Source of the DNA: Clostridiales bacterium
GTDB lineage: Bacteria; Bacillota; Clostridia; Christensenellales; Aristaeellaceae
NCBI GenBank assembly: GCA_004556155.1
Contig: SFIM01000038.1
Coordinates: 1-26,517 of the forward strand
Reading direction: 5' to 3'
Length of the DNA stretch: 26,517 bases
Shown: in pieces, positions 7,818-14,920 of the stretch
Numbering within the stretch: position 1 is the first letter of the stretch
Layout of the letters: every line of letters begins with the position of its first letter
Notes under the pieces: model-generated
Told to the model about the DNA's origin: nothing
Database searches by the model: none
The model's input: only the letters and a program-made list of their open reading frames with translations
Position numbers and translations under genes: made by a program

Positions 7818-9167
7818 ATGGGCAAATACTTTGGCACCGACGGCTTCCGCGGCGAAGCCAACCGCGAGCTTACCGCCATGCACGCCTTCCAGCTGGGGCA
7901 GTTTTTAGGCTCCTTTTATGGCAGCCAGGCGCGCCGCGCGCGCGTGGTCATCGGCAAGGATACCCGCGCCTCCGGCTATATGCTGGAGGATGCGCTGTGC
8001 GCAGGGCTTACCTCCGCCGGCGCGGATGCGTATCTTCTGCACGTCACCCCCACGCCCAGCGTGTCCTATGTGGCCCGCACCGAGGGCTTTGACTGCGGCG
8101 TGATGATCAGCGCCAGCCACAATCCCTATTGGGATAACGGGCTCAAGCTTGTCAACGCCCAGGGCGAAAAGATGGAGGACGCGGTGATCGAGCGCGCCGA
8201 GGCGTTTCTGGATGCGGGCGCGTCCGCGCCGCTGGCCACGCGCGAGCGCATCGGCCGCGTGGTGGATCACGCCGCCGGGCGCAATCGCTATATCGGCTAC
8301 CTGATCTCGCTGGCTACGCACTCCTATAAGGGTCTGCGCGTGGGCCTGGACTGCGCCAATGGCTCCACCTGGCAGCTGGCCGAGAGCGTGTTCAAGGCCC
8401 TGGGCGCCGAGGTGACGGTGGTGGGCAATACGCCCAACGGCGAAAACATCAACGTGAACTGCGGCTCCACGCACATTGAAAATTTGCAGCGCCTGGTCAT
8501 CGAGCATGGGCTGGACGTGGGCTTTGCCTTTGACGGCGACGCGGATCGCTGCATCGCCGTGGACGAGCGCGGCCAGGCGGTGGATGGCGACCGCATCCTG
8601 TATTTATACGCCGCCTTCCTGCAAAAGCAGGGGCTGCTGGGCGCGGGGCACGTGGTGACCACCATCATGAGCAATATGGGGCTGTACCGCGCGCTGGACG
8701 CGCTGGGCATCGGCTACGAGCAGACCGACGTGGGCGATAAATACGTGTACGAGCGCATTCAGCAGCGCGGCGACCCGCTGGGCGGCGAGCAGAGCGGGCA
8801 CATCATCTTTGCCAAGTACGCCACCACCGGCGACGGCCTGCTGACGGCCATCAAGGTGATGCAGGCCATGCTGGCGCAAAAGCGCCCGCTGTCCGAGCTG
8901 CACGCGGGCATGGTCAGCTACCCGCAGGTGCTGATCAACGTGCGCGTGGCGGACAAGGCCGCGGCGGCCGCGCATCCGCAGGTAGTGGCGGCGCTGGAGG
9001 CCGCGCGCGCCGGGCTGGGCACGCAGGGGCGCATTCTGCTGCGCAAGAGCGGCACTGAGCCCGTGCTGCGCGTGATGTGCGAGGCCGAGGATGGTGATAT
9101 GGCGCAGCGCGCGGCGGACAGCGTGGCGGCGGCGCTGCGCGACAGCGGCATGGCAGTGGAGGGATAA
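7818..9167 (+). CDS. glmM: Phosphoglucosamine mutase
   Basis: Start at MGKYFGTDGFRG (ATG 7818) behind AAAGGAGG. Active-site SASHNP, FAFDGDADR metal loop and GGEQSGH motifs. Confidence 0.92.
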   Translation: MGKYFGTDGFRGEANRELTAMHAFQLGQFLGSFYGSQARRARVVIGKDTRASGYMLEDALCAGLTSAGADAYLLHVTPTPSVSYVARTEGFDCGVMISASHNPYWDNGLKLVNAQGEKMEDAVIERAEAFLDAGASAPLATRERIGRVVDHAAGRNRYIGYLISLATHSYKGLRVGLDCANGSTWQLAESVFKALGAEVTVVGNTPNGENINVNCGSTHIENLQRLVIEHGLDVGFAFDGDADRCIAVDERGQAVDGDRILYLYAAFLQKQGLLGAGHVVTTIMSNMGLYRALDALGIGYEQTDVGDKYVYERIQQRGDPLGGEQSGHIIFAKYATTGDGLLTAIKVMQAMLAQKRPLSELHAGMVSYPQVLINVRVADKAAAAAHPQVVAALEAARAGLGTQGRILLRKSGTEPVLRVMCEAEDGDMAQRAADSVAAALRDSGMAVEG

Positions 9168-9169
9168 AA

Positions 9170-9829
9170 ATGCTGTACAAGGTCAGCGATCTGTTTGATT
9201 TAACGCATACGCGCGCGGCGGAGCTATTGGAAAAGTGCGAGTATCCGCACGAGGTGCTGCCGCGCATCAAGCCTTTTATTCTGGCGCTGGGCGAAACGCT
9301 GCCCATCAGCGAATTCTTGCATCCTTCGCCCACGGTATGGATTGCGCGCGACGCGGTGGTTGCGCCCACGGCGTGCCTGGGCGAGTGCATCATCATCGAT
9401 CACGGCGCGGAGGTGCGCCACTGCGCCTACATCCGCGGCAGCGCGCTCATTGGCCGCGACGCGGTGGTGGGCAACAGCACGGAGCTGAAAAACGTGATCC
9501 TCTTTGACAACGTGCAGGTGCCGCACTACAACTATGTGGGCGACAGCGTGCTGGGCTACCGAGCGCACATGGGCGCGGGAGCCGTTACCAGCAATGTCAA
9601 GGGCGATCGCCAGCCGGTGGTGGTGCATCGCGGCAGCGAACGCATGGAGACCGGCCTGAAAAAGCTGGGCGCGATGCTGGGCGATTACGCCGAGATCGGC
9701 TGCGGCGCGGTGCTCAACCCCGGCGCAGTCATCGGCCGCGGCGCGCAGGTATACCCCCTGGTCAGCGTTCGCGGCACCGTCCCCGCCAACTGCATCCACA
9801 AGGGCGGCAGCGTTGTGGAGAAGCGGTAA
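9170..9829 (+). CDS. Stand-alone left-handed beta-helix (hexapeptide-repeat) acyltransferase resembling the GlmU C-terminal acetyltransferase domain
   Basis: Starts 2 nt after the glmM stop. Hexapeptide-like repeats (IGRDAVVGNSTELKNVILFDNVQVPHYNYVGDSVLGYRAHMGAGAVTSN ... GDYAEIGCGAVLNPGAVIGRGAQV). No N-terminal nucleotidyltransferase domain. Confidence 0.65.
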   Translation: MLYKVSDLFDLTHTRAAELLEKCEYPHEVLPRIKPFILALGETLPISEFLHPSPTVWIARDAVVAPTACLGECIIIDHGAEVRHCAYIRGSALIGRDAVVGNSTELKNVILFDNVQVPHYNYVGDSVLGYRAHMGAGAVTSNVKGDRQPVVVHRGSERMETGLKKLGAMLGDYAEIGCGAVLNPGAVIGRGAQVYPLVSVRGTVPANCIHKGGSVVEKR

Positions 9830-10628
9830 GGGGGGACGAGGAGACGGGGAGGTTACGGTACTTTCTTGGAGCCCAAGAAAGTACCAAAGAAGGCTGCGTG
9901 TGACGTGAAAGTCAAGCTGATAAAACTGGAAGGCGGCACTGCCGCCCCCCGTGGCAGGGAAAAACTTGAATCGCTCGGTCTGGAGTAAACTCCGCCCGAG
10001 CGATTCTTTATTTTTCCCCTATGGTCTGGCTTCGCCAGCCCTGCGCTGATCTGCGATCAGCGTGCTACGGGGCGTAATTGGGTGCGGGAATTAGACTTAG
10101 CTGATTGCGATCGTTGTGAAGAGAAGCCAAGTTTCTTGAAAATCGCACGACAAAAAAAGCCTTCTCCTTGAGGAGAAGGTGGCGAATGCAGTGAGCCGAA
10201 TGAGGTGTAGCCGCCGAAGCGGCGTAATCCTTATATTGCTTTGATAACGGCTGCTTCGCAGCCTACACCTCACCACCGCCTACGGCGGAGCCTCTCCTCA
10301 AGGAGAAGCCTTTTGGTGAGTGCACCTTTCAACTATCACCAATCGCTGTGCAGAGGTTCCGCAGCTACTCAACACGCCCCCGTGGCACGCCGATTTTAAT
10401 CGGCGCAGGGCTGGCGAAGCCAGACCGAAGGGGAAACATTCAAGTGGACGGATGGCGCTTGCGCCGATCCGGGCACGCAGAATTTTCCCTGCCGCGGGGG
10501 CGGGGCGGCAGTGCCGCCTCCCATTTTAATTCAACTGACTTTCACGTCACACACAGGTTCTTTGTTACTTTCTTCCCTGAAGAAAGTAACGTCCCCCCTT
10601 CGTCCCCCTCCCCTCGTTCCCCGTCCCC
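9830..10628. repeat. Largest, nested copy of the modular palindromic repeat (about 0.8 kb)
   Basis: Starts at the base after the stop at 9827-9829. G-rich tract at 9830-9856. Terminal hairpins at 9857-9885 and 10564-10590. Central module at 10159-10310. C-rich tract at 10591-10628. The left and right arms are imperfect inverted repeats. Confidence 0.88.
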
Positions 10629-10713
10629 TTTTGGGAACCGCCGCGGGCATTGGCAAAACAGTTGAAACATTTTTGTGCATTTATGCAGTGCTTTATTGCG
10701 AGAAAGTTACACT

Positions 10714-11076
10714 TTATCCACACTTTAGGGATAATTTACGGGGAAAAGTTGTGGATAACTTGGACAACAAAGTGGGGATAACTTTCACTATCCACAGCGG
10801 TTTTCCACCGTTAAAATGAAAAATTCAGGAAAATCGGTACTTTTCCCACTTTTTTCGGTGGATAACTATGTGGATAATGTGGATATCTCCCCTTTTGCTG
10901 TGGATATGCACCCATCCATGCAGTGTATACACCCACAGCGGTGGATTTCTGCGCAAATGCCGCCGGTTTTCCCCATCTGTGGGAAGGAACGTGAATATTC
11001 ATGCATATATGATGCATATTCACGCGACGCCGCGCATAGGCTGGTGGGGAAAAGGTGGGGATAAGCATGTGGAAAA
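10714..11076. promoter_or_regulatory. DnaA-box cluster (10 boxes with at most 1 mismatch to TTATCCACA)
   Basis: Perfect boxes: 10714-10722 (+), 10750-10758 (-), 10869-10877 (-). One-mismatch boxes: 10773-10781, 10788-10796, 10857-10865, 10878-10886, 10899-10907, 11056-11064, 11068-11076. An AT-rich stretch at 10801-10856 lies between the box groups. Confidence 0.8.
10992..11021 (+). promoter_or_regulatory. Candidate forespore (sigma-G-like) promoter of cwlD, lying in an inverted repeat
   Basis: TGAATA (10992-10997), 17-nt spacer, CATATTC (11015-11021), compared with the sigma-G consensus GHATR-N17/18-CATxHTA. The same bases form the inverted repeat GTGAATAT...ATATTCAC (10991-11023). Confidence 0.3.
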
Positions 11077-11780
11077 ACCGTGTATTTCTTTTGGGGGCGG
11101 CCGCGCTGGCGCTTTTGGCGATCGTATTTACCCTTTGTCGCAAAACCGTAACACCCTTGCCCCAGCCCGCGCCTGCGTCCACGCCGGCGCCCGGCCCGCT
11201 GACGGGCGTGACCATCTGCGTGGATCCCGGCCACGGCGGCTACGACGGCGGCGCGCGCGGGCAGGCTTCCGGCGCGCTGGAAAAGGACGTCAACCTGGCC
11301 GTGGCGCTGTGCCTGCGCCAGGAGCTACAGGCCGCGGGCGCGCAGGTGATCCTGACCCGCGATACGGACACGGCGCTGGCGGAGGAGGGCGCGCAGCGCA
11401 AGCGGCGCGATCTGCAATACCGCGTGGATGCGGCGCGCGAGGCGCGGCTCTTTCTCTCGATCCACATGAACGAGTATCGCACGCGCGCGGAGTCCGGGCC
11501 GCAGGTGTTTTACCGTGCGGGGCAGGAGGACAGCCGTCTGCTGGCCGGGGCGCTGCAGGCGCAGCTGATTGCGGGGCTGCGTCCTGCGCGCGAGCGCAGC
11601 GCGCACACGGGCGAATACTACCTGCTGGAGCACCTGGACATTCCGGCGGTGCTGGTGGAGTGCGGTTTTCTTTCCAACGCCGCCGAGGAGGCGAAGCTGC
11701 TGGACGCGGGGTATCAGCAGCAGGTGGCGCAGGCCATTTGCGCGGGGGTATGCGATTTTATCCAATTATCGGGGAAGTAG
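11067..11780 (+). CDS. cwlD: N-acetylmuramoyl-L-alanine amidase, CwlD type (germination-specific, Amidase_3)
   Basis: Start at MWKNRVFLLG (ATG 11067), giving 237 aa with an N-terminal TM segment. DPGHGGYDGGA, EKDVNL, RKRRDLQYRV, LSIHMN and VECGFLSN align with my recollection of B. subtilis CwlD. Confidence 0.8.
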   Translation: MWKNRVFLLGAAALALLAIVFTLCRKTVTPLPQPAPASTPAPGPLTGVTICVDPGHGGYDGGARGQASGALEKDVNLAVALCLRQELQAAGAQVILTRDTDTALAEEGAQRKRRDLQYRVDAAREARLFLSIHMNEYRTRAESGPQVFYRAGQEDSRLLAGALQAQLIAGLRPARERSAHTGEYYLLEHLDIPAVLVECGFLSNAAEEAKLLDAGYQQQVAQAICAGVCDFIQLSGK

Positions 11781-12199
11781 GAGGCGAGGGGGGAACGAGG
11801 GGGACGTTACTTTCTTCAGGAAAGAAAGTAACAAAGAACCTGTGTGTGACGTAAAAGTTAATTGGATTAAACTGGAAGGCGGCACTGCCGTTTTGTGCCC
11901 CGTGGCAGGGAAAATTCGCGGGCCCGGATCGGCGCAAGCGCCATCCGTCCCCTTGAATATTTCCCCTATGGTCTGGCTTCGCCAGCCCAAGGGGGAAAGC
12001 AGGAAGCGAACGGAGGAAAGCTTGCTTTCATCCGGGCGGTTCAGGCTTTCACCTGCCACGGGGGCATACAGACGGCCAGGGCCACTCCCAGTTTAAAACC
12101 AGCAGCTTTTCCGTCCACAACACAGGTTCTTTGTTTCTTTCTTGACTCAAGAAAGAAACGTCCCTCCCCCGTCCTCCCTCGTCCCCCTCGTCTCTCTCT
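11781..12199. repeat. Copy of the modular palindromic repeat with mixed arm variants
   Basis: Starts at the base after the cwlD stop (11778-11780). Terminal hairpins at 11806-11832 (GTTACTTTCTTCAGGAAAGAAAGTAAC) and 12133-12159 (GTTTCTTTCTTGACTCAAGAAAGAAAC). C-rich tract at 12160-12199. An inner module is shared, inverted, with 15056-15118. Confidence 0.85.
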
Positions 12200-12224
12200 A
12201 ATTGTAATAATTCTGCAATAATCA

Positions 12225-12253
12225 TTTACATTTTCGCAATGCTGTGATAGAAT
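12225..12253 (+). promoter_or_regulatory. Candidate sigma-A promoter of the wall-protein gene
   Basis: -35 TTTACA (12225-12230), 17-nt spacer, -10 TAGAAT (12248-12253) preceded by TGTGA. Confidence 0.5.
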
Positions 12254-12280
12254 GAGATGACTACAAAAGGGGGTCTTTTT

Positions 12281-14866
12281 ATGCGCCGCTTTATCAAGCG
12301 TTTTTTGCCTACTCTGCTCTGCGCGCTGCTGATCGCCCAGGGCGCGCTGGCTTATACCACGCTGCGTCCCGGCGATAAGGGCGCGGATGTGCTGCGCATG
12401 CAGCAGGCGCTGTCCGCGCTGGGCTACACCGTCACATGCGACGGCTCCTTCGGCACGCAAACGTACACCGCCGTCTATAACTTTCAGAACGATTACGGCC
12501 TGAAGGTGGATGGCAAGGCCGGCGATCAAACGCTGACCAAGCTGTACGAATTGTACAACAGCATGTCCACCAAGCCCGGCGGCAGCCAGGGCGGCGCCTC
12601 CACGGGCACGCAGACCCCGCCCGCCACGGTGTATTGCGCCAACGGCGGCAGCCTGAACGTGCGCCGCGGCCCCGGCACCGGCTATGCCGCCTTCTATCAA
12701 ATCCCCAACGGCGCAACGGTGAATGTGCTGGAGCGCGGCAGCAAGTGGTGCCAGATCAGCTACGATTCCACCGTGACTGGCTATGTGATGACCTCCTTCC
12801 TGCGCTTTTCGCAGGATACGCCCGTGGTCACGCCCTCTCCCGATACCAGCATGGAAACGGCCTATGTTTCCTGCGCGGACGGCGGCAGCCTGAACCTGCG
12901 CCAGCGCCCCGTATCGGGCGGGAAGATCCTCACCCGCGTGCCCAACGGCACGCAGCTGCGCGTCACCCGCGTGGATGGCAAGTGGTGCTATACCACCTAC
13001 AACGGCCAGTCGGGCTATGTGATGAGCAGCTTCCTGTATTTCGCCTCCGTCCCCGCGCTGCCCACCCCCACGCCGGTCATCAGCCCCACGCCCGTGCCCC
13101 CCACCGCCGGCAGCGATGCGCTGACCGCCCGCGTGCAGCCCGCCAACGGCGGCAGCCTGAACCTGCGCCAGCGTCCGGCCTCCGGCAATAACGTGATCGC
13201 GCAGATTCCCTACGGCACGGTGCTGAGCGTCACCCGCATCGACGCCACCTGGTGCCTGACCACCTATAACGGCCAGGCCGGCTATGTGATGAGCAAGTTC
13301 CTCACCTTCTACGGCGGCGCGGTCACGCCCACGGCCACCCCCACGCCCAGCGTGAACCCCGGCACCGAGCTGCTGCCGGGCTATGTATACTGCGCCAACG
13401 GCAAAAAGCTGAACCTGCGCTCCGGCCCCGGCCTGACCTACGACGTGCTGTTCAAGATTCCCAACGGCGCGGCCGTCACCGTCACCCAGCGCCTTACCGG
13501 CTGGTACTGCGTATCCTATGAAAGCTATACCGGCTTTGTCAACAGCGATTACATCGTGCTCAGCGGCGGTGCGCCCACCGTGCCCTCCGTGGCCACGCCC
13601 ACGCCCGTGCCCTCCAGCGACAGCACCATCCATTACGGCGAGCTGCGCTACGCCACGGTCAATACGGTGAACAACTCCCTGAACGTGCGCAAGGTCCCCG
13701 GCGGCCGGCAGATCGGCTCCTTCCAGAAGGGCAGCCGCGTGGTGGTATCGCAGATCCTCACCGTGGACGGCGTGGAATGGTGTGCGGCCTATCAGGGTGG
13801 CCTCAGCGGCTATGTGCAGCGCCAGTACCTGGTGCTGGATGCGCGCGTGACCCCCGCCCCCACCACGCCCGACACCGCCTACGACACCTCCATCCTGGTG
13901 CGCAACCTCAAGCTCAACAGCACCGGCGCGGATGTGCGCCTGGTGCAGACGCGCCTGGTGGAGCTGAACTACCTCTCCTCCGCCAACGGCACCTACGACT
14001 CCGCCACGCAGACGGCAGTGAAGCGCTTCCAGCAGCTGCACGGCCTGAGCCAGGATGGCGTGGCCGGCCCCAACACGTTTAAGCTGCTGTTCTCCTCCAC
14101 GGCGCTGCCTTACAGCACCGAGGCCTCCAACTACACCAGCTACCTGATCGACTATAACGAATCGGCCAACGAGGTGCGCACCAAGGCCATTCAGCGCGCG
14201 CAGCTGGCGCTATCCAACCTGAACTACAACGTGGCGACCGACGGCAAATTCAACGAGGCCATGCACGACGCGCTGGTTGCCTTCCAGCTGCGCAACGGCA
14301 TCACGGCCACGGGCGTGCTGGATGCGGCCACGCAGGCGCGCCTGTACTCCGGCAAGGCCAACGACGCGGCCACCGCGCCGCGCGAATACCTGGCCGATAA
14401 CGCGGGCTACACGGCCAATCCGCCCAAGGCCAGCGATGTAAAGCTGCTGCACTGGTACAACACGGTCAAGCCCATGATGAGCAGCGGCACGGCCTTTACG
14501 GTATACGATCCCGACAGCGGCTTATCCTGGAAGCTGCAGGTGCTTTCGCCCGGCCGTCACTGCGACAGCCAGCCCGTCACCCTGCAGGATACGCTGATCA
14601 TGCAGAAGGCCTTTGACGGCAAGAGCAGCTGGAACATGCACATCGTCTATGTGCAGCTGCCCAACGGCACCTGGTGCATGGCCGGCATGCACAACCGCCC
14701 GCACCAGAGCAACGGCATCCTGGGCAACGGCTTCGGCGGCCATCTGTGCGTGCACTTCCTGCGCGATATGGACGAGACCAAGAAGGCCGATCCTGTGACC
14801 GGCGTGCAGTATCAGAACCTGCTGCGCGACGCCTGGTACAACCTGACCGGCGAAAAGATCAACTAA
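12281..14866 (+). CDS. Secreted cell-wall-binding protein: signal peptide, PG_binding_1 domain, five SH3b repeats with Pro/Thr linkers, two more PG_binding_1 domains, and an unassigned C-terminal domain
   Basis: Start at MRRFIKRFLPTLLCALLIAQGALA (ATG 12281) behind AAAGGGGG. Five repeats of the type GGSLNLRQRP..G..I..IP.G..L.V.....WC.TTYNGQ.GYVMS.FL. PG-binding motifs occur three times (YTVTCDGSFGTQTYTAVYNFQNDYGLKVDGKAG and two later copies). Confidence 0.8.
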   Translation: MRRFIKRFLPTLLCALLIAQGALAYTTLRPGDKGADVLRMQQALSALGYTVTCDGSFGTQTYTAVYNFQNDYGLKVDGKAGDQTLTKLYELYNSMSTKPGGSQGGASTGTQTPPATVYCANGGSLNVRRGPGTGYAAFYQIPNGATVNVLERGSKWCQISYDSTVTGYVMTSFLRFSQDTPVVTPSPDTSMETAYVSCADGGSLNLRQRPVSGGKILTRVPNGTQLRVTRVDGKWCYTTYNGQSGYVMSSFLYFASVPALPTPTPVISPTPVPPTAGSDALTARVQPANGGSLNLRQRPASGNNVIAQIPYGTVLSVTRIDATWCLTTYNGQAGYVMSKFLTFYGGAVTPTATPTPSVNPGTELLPGYVYCANGKKLNLRSGPGLTYDVLFKIPNGAAVTVTQRLTGWYCVSYESYTGFVNSDYIVLSGGAPTVPSVATPTPVPSSDSTIHYGELRYATVNTVNNSLNVRKVPGGRQIGSFQKGSRVVVSQILTVDGVEWCAAYQGGLSGYVQRQYLVLDARVTPAPTTPDTAYDTSILVRNLKLNSTGADVRLVQTRLVELNYLSSANGTYDSATQTAVKRFQQLHGLSQDGVAGPNTFKLLFSSTALPYSTEASNYTSYLIDYNESANEVRTKAIQRAQLALSNLNYNVATDGKFNEAMHDALVAFQLRNGITATGVLDAATQARLYSGKANDAATAPREYLADNAGYTANPPKASDVKLLHWYNTVKPMMSSGTAFTVYDPDSGLSWKLQVLSPGRHCDSQPVTLQDTLIMQKAFDGKSSWNMHIVYVQLPNGTWCMAGMHNRPHQSNGILGNGFGGHLCVHFLRDMDETKKADPVTGVQYQNLLRDAWYNLTGEKIN

Positions 14867-14883
14867 AAACCCTGGCATATGCC

Positions 14884-14918
14884 GCGCCCCCTTCGCTGTG
14901 AAGGGGGCGCGCGCTTTT
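14884..14918 (+). terminator. Intrinsic terminator
   Basis: Stem GCGCCCCCTT (14884-14893) pairs with AAGGGGGCGC (14901-14910), then GCGCTTTT. Confidence 0.75.
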
Positions 14919-14920
14919 AT

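Noticed and set aside
9830-10628. CRISPR array as an explanation for the recurring sequences
   Set aside because: There is no short constant repeat alternating with unique spacers at regular period. The copies are hundreds of bp long, palindromic and separated by whole genes, and no cas genes are present.
10714-11076. Calling the DnaA-box cluster the chromosomal origin outright
   Set aside because: No dnaA, dnaN or rpmH is in the window. Flanking genes on both sides point the same way instead of diverging. I could not identify DnaA-trios, and skew cannot be assessed from 26 kb. It is kept as a finding with alternatives rather than annotated as oriC.
10868-11854. 328-aa plus-strand ORF overlapping cwlD in another frame
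   Set aside because: The product is Arg/Gly/Ala-rich and motif-free. The cwlD frame carries the Amidase_3 motifs.
12041-14041. 666-aa ORF on the minus strand
   Set aside because: It lies entirely antisense to the well-supported SH3b/PG-binding gene. The translation is low-complexity Gly/Ala/His/Arg-rich, there is no RBS, and this is a typical GC-rich shadow frame.
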